From Gemmatimonadota bacterium (GTDB lineage: Bacteria > Gemmatimonadota > Gemmatimonadetes > Gemmatimonadales > Gemmatimonadaceae), in NCBI GenBank assembly GCA_031372565.1, contig JANMLN010000124.1, positions 1 to 64,000 on the forward strand: DNA of 64,000 nucleotides, given 5' to 3'. Positions within the stretch are counted from its first letter, which is position 1; each line of letters opens with the position of its first letter. Both the position numbers and the translations under genes were made by a program. The notes under the pieces were generated by a model that made no database searches, had not been told where the DNA came from, and was given only the letters and a program-made list of their open reading frames with translations. This document shows positions 37,535-48,028 of the stretch, in pieces.

Positions 37535-38481
37535 CGCAGACGGCCACGCCCACGCGCACGCAGCTGGTCCTGGCCTTCCTGTCGGTGTACGTGCTGTGGG
37601 GGTCGAGTTACCTGGCCATTCGCATCGCGATCGAGAGCATGCCGGCCTTCCTGATGGTCGGCACTCGCCTGCTCGTGGCGGGCGGGCTGCTGTGCGGCTG
37701 GGCGCTCTGGCGTGGTGCACCCCGTCCGCGCGGCATCGAAGTGGGTGCCACGGCGGTCACGGGGCTGCTCATGCTCTGCATCGGGAATGGCAGCGTGACA
37801 TGGGGGGAGCAGTTCACGGCATCGGGACGCGTCGCGCTCATCGTGTCGATGACCCCGGTCTGGTTCGTGCTCATCGAGTGGCTGCGGCCGGGGGGTGTGC
37901 GACCAAGCGTGAAGCTGCTCACCGGTCTCGCCGTCGGGGCGTCGGGGGTCGTGTTGCTCGTGGGCGCCGACGCGCTGCATGGCGTGCACGCACCCGGCGC
38001 GTTGCTTGCCGAAGTGGTGGTCTTGTGCGGGTCCCTCTCGTGGGCGCTCGGCTCCATGTACTCGCGACACGCCCCGTTGCCCGAGTCGAGTGCGCTCGCG
38101 AGCGGCCTCCAGATGCTGTTCGCCGGGCTCTACCTCACGATCGCCGGCACCGTGCGCGGCGAGATTGCGAGCTTCCACGCGGCCGATGTCACGACGCGAT
38201 CGCTGGTCGCGCTGGTCTATCTCGTCGCGGGGCCATCGCTCATCGGCTACACCGCTTACGTGTGGCTGCTCAAGGTCAGCACGCCGGTGCTGGTTGGCAC
38301 CTATGGCTACGTGAACCCGATGATCGCGGTCTTCCTGGGCTGGCTGGTGCTCGGCGAAGCGGTCACCAGCCGCATGTTCGCGGCCGCCGCCGTCATCGTG
38401 GTCGGCGTGGCGCTCATTACCCTGGCGCGCACGCCACAAGCGGCGCCGCGCGAGCCGGAACCAGAGGCAGAGCACGCATGA
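37525..38481 (+). CDS. EamA/DMT transporter (YedA-like; start uncertain)
   Basis: VYVLWGSSYLAIR, YGYVNP.IAV.LG...LGE. Confidence 0.88.
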   Translation: MAVAQTATPTRTQLVLAFLSVYVLWGSSYLAIRIAIESMPAFLMVGTRLLVAGGLLCGWALWRGAPRPRGIEVGATAVTGLLMLCIGNGSVTWGEQFTASGRVALIVSMTPVWFVLIEWLRPGGVRPSVKLLTGLAVGASGVVLLVGADALHGVHAPGALLAEVVVLCGSLSWALGSMYSRHAPLPESSALASGLQMLFAGLYLTIAGTVRGEIASFHAADVTTRSLVALVYLVAGPSLIGYTAYVWLLKVSTPVLVGTYGYVNPMIAVFLGWLVLGEAVTSRMFAAAAVIVVGVALITLARTPQAAPREPEPEAEHA

Positions 38482-39329
38482 GCGCCCTCGTGTCGAACGG
38501 TCCCATCACGCGCGTGATCGCCGTCGACTGGTCGGGCAGCGCCGACATCAAGGCGCAACGCCGGGGCATCTGGCTCTGTGAGTGGAACGGGGCGGGCGTC
38601 GTACGACTCGAGGGCGGGCGTACGCGCGACGAGCTTGTCCGCGCGCTCGTGGATGCGATCGACGCGGACGCTGCGCTGGCCATTGGCCTCGATTTCGCCT
38701 TCGGCTTTCCCGGCTGGTTCGTCGAACAGGAGGCAGGCGGGAGTCCGCATCGCCTCTGGACGGTTGCCACCGAACTGGGTGAATCATGGCTCGCGCGGTG
38801 TGAGCCGCCATTCTGGGGCCGACCGGGAAAGGCGCGGCCGGTCGACGACGAAGCGCGCCCTGCGTTTCGACAGACCGAACGAGAGACGCGCGCCGTCCGG
38901 GGGATTCGCCCGAAGTCCGTCTTCCAGATCGGCGGAGCGGGCAGCGTCGGCACAGGGTCGATCCGTGGCATGTCCGCGCTTCACGCACTGTCGAATGCGG
39001 GTGCCACCATCTGGCCGTTCGACGCAGCAAGCCTTCCCGTGGTTGTCGAGATCTATCCGCGGCTGCTGACGGGCGACGTGAAGAAGGCGAACGCTGAGGC
39101 CCGTGCTGCGTATCTTGCCATGCGCGAGTGGACCCTTCCACCCGACGTGCGCACCGCCGCACGCGAAAGCGAAGACGCGTTCGATGCATTGGTCTCGGCG
39201 GAGTCCATGTGGCGTCATCGCCGGCAATTGGCGTCGTTGCCGTTGGGCAATCCGATCGAGGCGATCGAGGGCATCATCTGGGCGCCCACAGCGGCGCACG
39301 CATCGAGCACACTCACTCACGCCGCATGA
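38478..39329 (+). CDS. DUF429-like predicted RNase H-fold nuclease
   Basis: IAVDWSG, IGLDFAFGFP, R.TE, VEIYP, DAFDA, EGIIW. Confidence 0.65.
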   Translation: MSALVSNGPITRVIAVDWSGSADIKAQRRGIWLCEWNGAGVVRLEGGRTRDELVRALVDAIDADAALAIGLDFAFGFPGWFVEQEAGGSPHRLWTVATELGESWLARCEPPFWGRPGKARPVDDEARPAFRQTERETRAVRGIRPKSVFQIGGAGSVGTGSIRGMSALHALSNAGATIWPFDAASLPVVVEIYPRLLTGDVKKANAEARAAYLAMREWTLPPDVRTAARESEDAFDALVSAESMWRHRRQLASLPLGNPIEAIEGIIWAPTAAHASSTLTHAA

Positions 39330-40885
39330 CAGATCACGCCACTGGCCCGCGCCGCGCCCTGAGCAACACGAATGCCTCTCCGTCCGGCCCCGCCGACGGA
39401 TGGGACGCGCACGTCGGCCGCGACGTGGACAACACGCCACTCGCAGCGCCCGGCGACTTGCCGGTCGAGCTCTTCCGCACGCACGCGGCCGAACTCGTCG
39501 ACTGGATCGCGAAGTACCTGGCTGAGCCGGAGCGCTTTCCGGTCGTGCCACGCGTGGCACCGGGCGACATCACCCGCGCACTCCCGACCACGCCACCGCG
39601 GGACGCCGAGCCGCTGGCCGAGATTCTCGCTGATGTCGAACGGATCATCGTGCCCGGCCTCACGCACTGGAATCATCCCGGCTTCTTCGCCTACTTCGCC
39701 AACTCGGCGTCGATTCCCGGCATCCTGGGCGAGCTGCTCACGAGTGCGCTCAACCAGAACGCGATGCTCTGGAAGACGAGCCCGTCCGCCACGGAGCTCG
39801 AGCAGGTCGCCATGGACTGGCTGCGGCAGTTGCTCGGACTTGGTCGCGGCTGGTTCGGGATGATCACCGACACGGCGAGCATCTCGACTTTTCTCGCAAT
39901 CGCGGCCGCACGCGAGGCGAAGCCGGAACTCGACGTGCGCGGCCGCGGACTCGCAGGGCGCACCGATCTGCCAGTGATGCGCGTGTATTGCTCATCGCAC
40001 GCGCACACGTCGGTCGACAAGGCCGTGATGGCGCTCGGCCTGGGCCACGACAATTGCGTGCACATCCCGGTGGACGAACAGTTCCGCATGCGTCCGGATG
40101 CGCTCGCGGCAGCCATCGCCGCGGATGTCGCGCGTGGCATGCTGCCGATTGCCGTCGTGGCGACGGTCGGCACCACCAGCGTTGCAGCGATCGATCCGGT
40201 GCCCGAGATCGCCGAGATCGCGCGCTCGGCGGGGGCGTGGCTCCACGTGGATGCCGCGTACGGTGGCGCAGCGGCCGTGGTGCCCGAACTCGCCGGCATT
40301 CTCGATGGCGTGGACGAAGCCGACTCGGTGGTGATGAACCCGCACAAGTGGTTGTTCGTCCCCATGGACTGCTCGGCGCTCTGGGTGAAGCATCCGGAGG
40401 TACTCAAGCGCGCCTTCTCGCTGATCCCCGAGTATCTCGTCACGCGTGAGCAGGACGCGGTGGTGAACTACATGGACTACGGCGTGCAGCTGGGGCGGCG
40501 GTTCCGCGCGCTCAAGCTGTGGATGGTGATGCGCGCGTACGGCGCCGACGGACTGGCGGCGCGCGTGCGCCAGCAGATCGCGCTCACGCGCGCCTTCGCG
40601 AGCTGGGTGCGCGCCGAGCCGTACTGGGAAGTGATCGCCCCCGTGCACCTGTCGCTCGCGTGCATCCGGCATGCGCCACCGGGGCTCGATGCCGCCGCCA
40701 CGGACGCGCACAACGAGCGCCTCATGCATGCGGTGAATGCGAGCGGCGAGGCGTTTCTGTCGCACAACAAGACCAATGGGCAGCTCGTGCTGCGCTTCGC
40801 CATCGGCAACATCCGCACCGACGAGCGCCATGTGCGGCGTGCGTGGGCGCTGCTCCGGGCGGCGGCGGCCGCCGACCTGGCATGA
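39326..40885 (+). CDS. Group II PLP-dependent (aromatic amino acid-type) decarboxylase
   Basis: THWNHP.FFAYF, SPSATELE, HVDAAYGG, NPHKW, RRFRALKLW. Confidence 0.92.
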   Translation: MTDHATGPRRALSNTNASPSGPADGWDAHVGRDVDNTPLAAPGDLPVELFRTHAAELVDWIAKYLAEPERFPVVPRVAPGDITRALPTTPPRDAEPLAEILADVERIIVPGLTHWNHPGFFAYFANSASIPGILGELLTSALNQNAMLWKTSPSATELEQVAMDWLRQLLGLGRGWFGMITDTASISTFLAIAAAREAKPELDVRGRGLAGRTDLPVMRVYCSSHAHTSVDKAVMALGLGHDNCVHIPVDEQFRMRPDALAAAIAADVARGMLPIAVVATVGTTSVAAIDPVPEIAEIARSAGAWLHVDAAYGGAAAVVPELAGILDGVDEADSVVMNPHKWLFVPMDCSALWVKHPEVLKRAFSLIPEYLVTREQDAVVNYMDYGVQLGRRFRALKLWMVMRAYGADGLAARVRQQIALTRAFASWVRAEPYWEVIAPVHLSLACIRHAPPGLDAAATDAHNERLMHAVNASGEAFLSHNKTNGQLVLRFAIGNIRTDERHVRRAWALLRAAAAADLA

Positions 40886-42090
40886 GCGACCTGCGCCGGT
40901 CGCAGTGGCTCGACCTCGCGAGCCTCGACCTGCGCAAGAACGCGGCGGGGAAGCCGCGTCGTCGCTGGCCGTTGGCCACGGCGGTCGTGTTGCTGCTCGC
41001 GTCCATTCCGTTCGTGGGCTGGCACCTTGTACCGCGTGCGCCCGGCGGTGTCGTCATCATGGACAAGACGGTCCCGAATGCCGAACGACGCGCTCACGCG
41101 CAGCTCATGTGGTGGCTCACGCACGCGCGCGTCCCCGCGCCCGGCGGCGACTGGTGGGACATGGCGCGCGACTATGTGGGGTACGATCCAGAAGCACAGC
41201 AGGGGCGGTTGCTCGACAGCGCCGCACTCGCGCCCGCGCGGCTGGTCTTCCTCGCGGATGCCTATGGCGTGTATTCCGGCGATGTCGCCACCCCCGACAC
41301 GAGCGCGGGCGCGTCGGCACGACGGTCCACGCCCGTCTTTGCGGGGGTGCAGCTCAGCGAGGCGCGGGCACTCGCTGCGTTCCGCGCGCGCGGTGGCGCG
41401 GTGGTAGCCGAATTCAATGTGTTGGAGAGCCCGACGGCTGGCACACCTGCGGGCGCGATGCTCGAGCAACTGCTCGGCGCGCGCTATCTCGGCTGGCTAG
41501 GCCGCTGGTACGACGACCTGTCGAGTGATGTGGACGTGCCCGCTTGGATGCGCGCCAAGTGGCAGCGTCGCCACCGCGCTGCGTGGTCGTTCACCGGGCC
41601 CGGGTACGTGATCTTCTCCGAACGGGACGACCGGATTGCCGTGATCCTGCGCGAGCAGCTCGAGGGCACGCATGTGCTCACGCTCGAGGTGGACACACCC
41701 GACGATCCGCTCGTGCATGGCGTCGTGAACGGCGGCGGTTATCGGTCGTGGGTGTCGGGGGTCGCACCGACAGACAGCGGCGTGGTGCTCGCGTCGTTTG
41801 CGCTGCACGTGGACACGGCGGCACGCGCGCAGCTCTCACGCGAGGGCTTTCCGCTCCGCTTCCCGGCGATCGTGCGACGAACCACCGGCCCGCTGGCCGC
41901 GTACATCACGGCCGACGTGAGCACTGCGCCGAGCGCGCTCCCCTACGTGCAGCGGACCGTGCTGCTCGACTGGTGGCGTGCTCGGCGCGTGCGCGAGGCG
42001 GTGGGAGAGGACGCGACGCTGGACTTTTTCTGGCGGGTGGTTGCGCCGGTGTGGAGCGCGGCGCTCAGGGTGTCGGCGCCGAATCGCTGA
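40882..42090 (+). CDS. Conserved hypothetical membrane-anchored protein
   Basis: Single TM then DKTVP..H..W, DY.G..P, ADAYGVY, AEFN, GW.GRW; ATGA coupling. Confidence 0.65.
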   Translation: MSDLRRSQWLDLASLDLRKNAAGKPRRRWPLATAVVLLLASIPFVGWHLVPRAPGGVVIMDKTVPNAERRAHAQLMWWLTHARVPAPGGDWWDMARDYVGYDPEAQQGRLLDSAALAPARLVFLADAYGVYSGDVATPDTSAGASARRSTPVFAGVQLSEARALAAFRARGGAVVAEFNVLESPTAGTPAGAMLEQLLGARYLGWLGRWYDDLSSDVDVPAWMRAKWQRRHRAAWSFTGPGYVIFSERDDRIAVILREQLEGTHVLTLEVDTPDDPLVHGVVNGGGYRSWVSGVAPTDSGVVLASFALHVDTAARAQLSREGFPLRFPAIVRRTTGPLAAYITADVSTAPSALPYVQRTVLLDWWRARRVREAVGEDATLDFFWRVVAPVWSAALRVSAPNR

Positions 42091-42132
42091 GTGGCTGAGT
42101 GGCTCCGTCTGCGGAGGTCAACGGAGCGGTGT

Positions 42133-42277
42133 GAGGAAACCGATGACGGCTGCTGGTCGATCTACTTTCATCGCGTCCTGCTGACCACGCTCGACGAACG
42201 CGACTGCATTATTCAGAGCTAGTTCACGTGTAAACGATGTTGCCGGACAAGGTGTCATCTATCTTCCCGACTGTTCA
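42133..42277 (+). mobile_element. Relic right end of an IS481-like element
   Basis: EETDDGCWSIYFHRVLLTTLDERDCIIQS* (stop 42220-42222), then two imperfect direct repeats (42229, 42253) ending TGTTCA. Confidence 0.55.
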
Positions 42278-42653
42278 GCCCCGCACCGTCGCGGCGGCGC
42301 CCGATCTCCACGAGTGGCTCGCCCGCGACCAGCAATTCCGCGACGCGCGGCCACGCCCCCAGCACCAACGTCCGCAGCACCGCGTTCCGGACGTTGCCGC
42401 ACGTGACCCACACAACTTGTGGCGGGGGGCCCTGGCGCTCCACCAGCGCGACAAAATCGTCATCCTTCGTCACCACGACGGCTGCTCGGCCCGTCCGCGC
42501 TGCCGCAAAGATGGCTGGATCGTCGGCCTCGAGCTGCTCCACCTCGTCCACGTGCCAGGCGTCGATCCCGTGCGCCTGCCGGAGCCAGCGCGCCAGCGCA
42601 GGCGGCATTTGCGCGTCCACCCACACCACGCCAAGCCCGGGCGCGTCGGTCAT
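42255..42653 (-). CDS. DUF5615 PIN-like toxin (VapC45-like)
   Basis: WVDAQMPP, D..IF, VTKDDDF, PPQVVW..CGN. Confidence 0.88.
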   Translation of the reverse strand: MTDAPGLGVVWVDAQMPPALARWLRQAHGIDAWHVDEVEQLEADDPAIFAAARTGRAAVVVTKDDDFVALVERQGPPPQVVWVTCGNVRNAVLRTLVLGAWPRVAELLVAGEPLVEIGRRRDGAGLNSREDR

Positions 42654-42659
42654 CCCGGC

Positions 42660-42890
42660 CTACGCCGCGACGTTCGGATGGTTCAGGCGCCGGGCGGCGT
42701 ATAAGAGGCAGGCGGCGATGTCGTCGGCCTCCAGATAGGGATAGTCCTCGAGGATCTGCGCGTGCGACTCGCCGGCGGCCAGCAACTCCAAGACATCGAT
42801 CACGCGGATGCGCATCCCCCGAATGCAGGGGCGTCCCCCACATTGCTCGGGGCGGATGGTGATGCGCTGCAGGAGGTCGGCTGGGGGCAT
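42660..42890 (-). CDS. DUF433 antitoxin (VapB45-like)
   Basis: RITI.P..CGGRPCIRGMRI.V, IL.DYP.LE..DI.A.L.YA. Confidence 0.92.
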   Translation of the reverse strand: MPPADLLQRITIRPEQCGGRPCIRGMRIRVIDVLELLAAGESHAQILEDYPYLEADDIAACLLYAARRLNHPNVAA

Positions 42891-43279
42891 GGGCGTGGGC
42901 TCGGGACCTTCGAAAGATAGGCCCACGAGACCGAGTGGGACAGCGGGCGCGATCCCGAGGAACAAAGGTCTCGGCGGTGCGGACAGCGGAGGCGGCACCC
43001 GCGGACTCGTCGTGAAGCCCCTACCGCGCAGCTTGCAGCGATGTAAGTGGACCGGTGTTCCTGCTGACTATCACGCTCATCCGATCGGCGCGCATCGTCG
43101 TGTGCGCAGACCTAGCTGCTGGCCGTCTTGTATCTACCGTTTTCATGATTCTGCAGTAGTTCCGGTCAGGGCGCCAGCTCGATGCAGTCTGGGTGGCAAA
43201 CACCGTGCGTTAGCCGGAGCGGTGATGGTCCGCACCCGAGTCGACTGTATGCTCGGCGCTCCCCGGTCCCGGAGCGTGC

Positions 43280-44506
43280 ATGCCCGACGCGGCCCCGGCG
43301 GCGCGTGGCGTCTACAAACCCCGGCGCCCCAAGGCGTCGCCGCTCTTTCGGTTGGTGTCGGACCACCTGCATCGCCTGCAGACGGTCTACGACGAGCGCT
43401 TCGCGCGCGAGTATGGCCCATGGCGCCCCGTCGTCGCGCAGGTCGCTGGCAAGTTCCTCGCCGGCGGCGTGCTCGAGCACGGGTTCGCGCGCATCCGCTG
43501 CGACGACTGTGCACACGAATACCTGCTCGCGTTCTCCTGCAAGTGTCGCTATTTCTGCCCGAGCTGTCACGCCAAGCGGCTCGCCATCTGGACGCGGTGG
43601 CTCGACACGACGCTCCTCACGCCCGTGCCGCACCGGCAGGTGGTGCTCACCATTCCCAAGCGCCTCCGGGCGTATTGTCTGTACCGGCGACGCCTACTCG
43701 GCGAGATCGCCCGCGCCGCCGCCCGCACCGTCACCGCCGCCATTCGGACGCTGACCGGCGAGCGCGATCTCGCCGTGGGGATCGTCGCGTGCCTGCAGAC
43801 GCACGGCTCCCGGGCGAACTGGCATCCGCACCTGCACCTCCTCGTCACCGACGGCGGCTTCCGGCCAGATGGCACCTTCGTGTCGTGGCCGGTGCACGAT
43901 ACTGCGCGTTTGACTGAGGCGTTTCGCCGCGCCGTGCTGCGGTTGTTCGTGCGGCTCGAGCTCTTCGATGAAGACCAGGCCGCGGGCATGCTGACGTGGC
44001 CGCATTCCGGGTTCCACGTGCACACCGCCGTGTGGGTCCCGGAGGACGATCGCGCGTTCGCCACCCGCCTCGCGCGCTACTGCGCCCGGAATCCCGTCGC
44101 GCTGGAGCGGCTGACCTACGACCGCGCCGCCAAGGCGGTGACGGACCGGTCGGACAAGTCCGAGGGCCCGACGGCGGGTACCGAAACCGCCGACCCGCTC
44201 GAGTTCCTGGCCCGGGTGCTGGTGCATATCCCCGACAAGGGCCACGTCACCACGCGGTACTATGGCTGGTATGCCAACCGCCCCCGTGGCATGCGGATCG
44301 CCGCGTGCATCACGCAGGCCTCGGTGATCGACCAGCTCCTCACACACCTCCGCACCCGCGCGGCGCACGCGGCCCACACCGGCGCACGGAGCCCGCCATC
44401 GACGCGGACCCCCGCGAGCCGAGGGGCATCACGCGCCTCACGCACGAGAGTGCCGACGCGCCGCTGTCGGCGGCGGTCGTGGAGGGGCGCGAGCAGTCCC
44501 TCGTGA
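43280..44506 (+). pseudogene. IS91-family-like (HUH/Y2) transposase, probably degenerate
   Basis: RCDDC...FSCKCRYFCPSC, HPHLH, HSGF, ARY, RYYGWY; LAGG where LACG would be expected; abrupt C-terminal jump at RGMR/IAACITQ. Confidence 0.75.
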
Positions 44507-44614
44507 TCGCACGATGGCGGGCGGCTGAACGACAACGGCCCGGCGCCCCACCCGCGGGGCACCCGGCCGTCTCGATGTGCGCCTCGGGGGGAGGCGCTGA
44601 CCAGCCTGCGCGCG

Positions 44615-46621
44615 CTACTTCTTCGCCGCGAGCTGCTTGAGCGACGCCGACAGCATGCCGACCTTGCCCTTGTCACTTGACGCCGCCGCATCCTTCTCGA
44701 CGGCCGAGGCGAGTGTGACGAGCGCGCGGGCGCGCGCCGCGCCGGTGGCCTTCTCCGCCTTGTCGAGCGCAGTGCGCACCGCCGTCACGCGTGCCTCAGC
44801 CAGTCCGCTCGAGCGCTCGAGCTGGTCCACGTACGCGCGCGAGAGCGCAAAGCTCGCGGGCCACACCATGCTCGGCTGCCCCTGTGCGTTGAGGTAGTCA
44901 TACTTGACCGTCTTGGCCGCGTCGATCTCGTTCTGCGAGATGAAGCCGCTCGGCTCCAGCTCGAAGATGTCGAGGCCGCGCATGATCTCGGAGCTCACGA
45001 TCAACCCGTTGTACCAGTACACCGACCAGGAACCGCCGAGCGCGATGGTGGCCGTCGCGGGGCCACGGTCGTGGAAGGCGATCTCGGTCGGCTTCCTGGG
45101 ATCGGTGAACTCGAACACCGAGATGCCGCCCTGGTACCACGCCTGCACCATGATGTCGCGCCCCGGAATGGGGATCAGCGAGCCATTGTGCGCCACGCAA
45201 TTCTCGGCGCTGGTCTGCGGTGCGGGGAGCTTGTAGTAGCTCTGGAATTCCATCTTCCCGTTTACCAGCGTGAAGATCGCGTTCGCGCCCCACGCCCGCG
45301 GGTCCGACGCGCGGCACTTGGGCGCCATGCCGCCGCCCCACTCGTCGGTGAAGATCACCTTCGAGCCGTCGTTGTTGAACGTGGCCGAGTGCCAGTACGA
45401 GAAGTTCGAGTCCGACACGGCGCCAATGCGCATCGGGTTGGTCGGGTTCTTGATGTCGAGCAGCAGGCCGTACCCCTCGCACGCGCCGCCGGCGTAGCCG
45501 ATCCCGGGGTAGAGGGTGATGTCATGACACTGGGTCGGGCCCGCGCGCGGGCCGCTGCGGTCGTTGTCCTCGCCGAGCAACCGAGCAACGATCACCGGCA
45601 TCACCTCGCGGAGCTTGGCGCTGTCGGCGCCTGTGGGCGCGCCGGCGCCCCCACGCACCTTGATCAGCGAGTCGAGCTGGGTGCGCACAAAGTTCGGACC
45701 GACAGGCTGCTCCTTGCCCTGGATCATCGCCGTGAAGCCGCCGGCCGCCTTGGCCTTCTCCACCGCCGCCATGCGCATGGAGTCCTGCTTGGCCGCCGCG
45801 GCAATATCCTCGGGCGCGAGTCCGTGCGTCGGTGGCTCCGCCAGGTCGTTGAAGATCCGCGGCGAGCTCACGATGGCCGCCTTCGACGGGTCCTTGAGCG
45901 GCACCTTGATCACTTCGATGCGGAAGAGTGCCGAGTTCGGGTCCTTCTTGGGATCCTTGTCCACACATCCCGGCATCTCGGCGTCGGGGCGCACAGGCGC
46001 CGAGCCCGAGATGTACACGTAGATGTTCTCGGGATCCTTGGGGTCCACGAGCACCGAGTGCGTATGCGAGCCGCGGCACGTCTGCACCGCCGCGAGCGAC
46101 TTCGGGTTGTTCAGGTCGGTGACGTCGAAGATGCGCAGGCCGCGGAGACGATCCGTCGACGCCGCGCCCTTGACGCCACCGCCGGCACAGTCGAGCCGCC
46201 CCTCGAGCCCCTCGCCCGAGACGAACAGGAGATTCTTGTACACCGACACGTCGCTCTGCGAGCCTGGGCAGAAGTAGTCCTTGAGCAGCGTAACGCTCGA
46301 CGGGTTACTGATGTCCCACACCTGCCACCCGTTGAAGCTTCCCTGAAAGACGCGATTGCCGTTGAACGCCAGGTCGGAGTTGATGCCGTTCATGAACTTC
46401 GGGCTCGGCTTGGTGGCCGAGATGAGCTTCAGGTTCCAGATCGCCTCGGCGGCGTCGAACATGCCGGGCTTGAGCCCCACGCGAGGGTCAGGGGAGGGCG
46501 CCATCTGGCCTACCGTCTTGGCGACGGTGGTCTGGGCGGCAAGCGCGGCGGGGGCCGCGACGAGCGCAAACGCGGCGAGGCTGGCGCCCGCGCGTCGCGT
46601 GATCAAATCCAATACCAGCAT
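44615..46621 (-). CDS. Secreted LVIVD-repeat beta-propeller protein
   Basis: NSDLAF, QSDVSVY.NLLF, CRGSHTH, CHDIT, YWHSATF, DEWGGG, NCVAHNG, WYQGG. Confidence 0.85.
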   Translation of the reverse strand: MLVLDLITRRAGASLAAFALVAAPAALAAQTTVAKTVGQMAPSPDPRVGLKPGMFDAAEAIWNLKLISATKPSPKFMNGINSDLAFNGNRVFQGSFNGWQVWDISNPSSVTLLKDYFCPGSQSDVSVYKNLLFVSGEGLEGRLDCAGGGVKGAASTDRLRGLRIFDVTDLNNPKSLAAVQTCRGSHTHSVLVDPKDPENIYVYISGSAPVRPDAEMPGCVDKDPKKDPNSALFRIEVIKVPLKDPSKAAIVSSPRIFNDLAEPPTHGLAPEDIAAAAKQDSMRMAAVEKAKAAGGFTAMIQGKEQPVGPNFVRTQLDSLIKVRGGAGAPTGADSAKLREVMPVIVARLLGEDNDRSGPRAGPTQCHDITLYPGIGYAGGACEGYGLLLDIKNPTNPMRIGAVSDSNFSYWHSATFNNDGSKVIFTDEWGGGMAPKCRASDPRAWGANAIFTLVNGKMEFQSYYKLPAPQTSAENCVAHNGSLIPIPGRDIMVQAWYQGGISVFEFTDPRKPTEIAFHDRGPATATIALGGSWSVYWYNGLIVSSEIMRGLDIFELEPSGFISQNEIDAAKTVKYDYLNAQGQPSMVWPASFALSRAYVDQLERSSGLAEARVTAVRTALDKAEKATGAARARALVTLASAVEKDAAASSDKGKVGMLSASLKQLAAKK

Positions 46622-46677
46622 GTGATGACGGGGGTTGGGGGAAAGGGTCGTGCGTACGGCAGGGGCAGCGGCACCCC

Positions 46678-47376
46678 TCAGGGGCCGCGCTTCTCGATCA
46701 GGACGTCGGCCAACAGGAGCCGCATCCGTTCGATCTCGGTGGTCTGGTCCACGTTCACGTCGGCGGCAAACTTGAAGACGGTACGATCCTGCGCGGCCCC
46801 GTCGTGCGTGATCAACTCCTTCACCATCACGGTTGCCCCCTGATGGTGCTGGATCATGCCGGCCAGGAAGAGGCGGTCGAACTCCACGCCGCGTGCCGCG
46901 TCGAGTCGCTGCAGCTGCTCGGGGGAGAGCATCCCCGGCATCATCGTCGCGCCGTGCGACATCCCGGGCATGTCATGCATCGCGTGCCCGCCCGTGCCGC
47001 TGGCGTCGTTCACGTCGGGCACGGGCAGCCCGCGCTCCTTGAGCCATTGCGTCATGAGCGCGATGTCGTCCTGCTGCGCATTGATGATGCGCGCGGCCAG
47101 ACGCTGGACGGCGTCACTGGCGTCGTGCGTGGGCGCCATGCGCGACATCACCAGCGCCTGCGCGTGATGGTGCATCATCCCCGCCATGAAGGCGGCGTCG
47201 GCCGGGTTCGGCTTGGGGGCCGCGGGGCGGCGGCGCGCGGCCGGTGTCGGCCGCGGGGCGGCCGGAGCGGGCTTCGGTGCGGCCTGCCTCGAGGGTGCTG
47301 GCTGGGCCGCCACCGGATCGGATTCGAGCAGGAGGGCGCCCAGGAGCGTCAGGGCAGCGAGGCACAAGGAGCGCAC
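46678..47376 (-). CDS. DUF305 ferritin-like His/Met-rich secreted protein
   Basis: D..FM..MMHHHAQA..M, MPGM, FD..FL..MI.HH.GA..M. Confidence 0.88.
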   Translation of the reverse strand: MRSLCLAALTLLGALLLESDPVAAQPAPSRQAAPKPAPAAPRPTPAARRRPAAPKPNPADAAFMAGMMHHHAQALVMSRMAPTHDASDAVQRLAARIINAQQDDIALMTQWLKERGLPVPDVNDASGTGGHAMHDMPGMSHGATMMPGMLSPEQLQRLDAARGVEFDRLFLAGMIQHHQGATVMVKELITHDGAAQDRTVFKFAADVNVDQTTEIERMRLLLADVLIEKRGP

Positions 47377-47509
47377 GTGTATCAGGAGCAGGTAGTCCGG
47401 AAACGGGATTCTTAATCGGTCGCCCGAAAATGCTTGGCAGTCCGCGTCGCGAATACTACAGGTCGACCAACGCAACACGAAACGGCCGCGGCCGCGGGAA
47501 CACGTCCCT

Positions 47510-47660
47510 TGGACACGACCGCTTCGCACATGGTTGGGAGTGCACGCACGCTTACGTGCTGGCCTTCTCCCGCAAGTGCCGCTACGTCTGCCCCAGTTCT
47601 CCTGCCCAAGCGCCTCGCGATCTGGACCCAGTGGCTCGACGCCACACGCCGCGCGTTTGC
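47510..47660 (+). mobile_element. Degenerate fragment of the same IS91-like transposase type
   Basis: 47541-47645 aligns with 43508-43611 (CTHAYVLAFSRKCRYVCPS../KRLAIWTQWLD) with a +1 frameshift. Confidence 0.75.
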
Positions 47661-48028
47661 TAGCGGTGCTGGTCGAAGAGCAGCGGGTTCCCGTCCGGAT
47701 CCGTCACCATGAAGAACGCGGGCCCCGTCGTGCCCGGATCCGCTTCCGGAGCGACGGCGAGCCCCTTGGCCTTGAGCGCCTGCTGCAGCTCGCGGACATC
47801 CGTGAACTCGGCCAGCGGCGCTGCGTTCTGGTCCCAGCCCGGATTGAACGTGAGGGTGTTGGTGGGAATCATCCCCTGAAAGAGGCCGATGAGGTGGTCG
47901 CCATTCTTCATGATCTGCCAGTTCTTGCCGTTGCCGCCGAACACAGCGAAGCCGAGGTGCTCGTAAAACGCGCGTGAGGCAGCGAGGTCCTTGACGTTGA
48001 GGCTGACCGAGAACGCACCGAGTTGCAT
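47660..48028 (-). CDS. VOC/glyoxalase-family protein
   Basis: SL.VKDL.AS..FY..LGF, DPDGNP.L.DQH. Confidence 0.9.
   Translation of the reverse strand: MQLGAFSVSLNVKDLAASRAFYEHLGFAVFGGNGKNWQIMKNGDHLIGLFQGMIPTNTLTFNPGWDQNAAPLAEFTDVRELQQALKAKGLAVAPEADPGTTGPAFFMVTDPDGNPLLFDQHR

Noticed and set aside
43000..43270. AT-richer spacer upstream of the IS91-like gene with small ORFs and a GTTAGCC
   Set aside because: No recognisable protein, and no paired attC box could be found.
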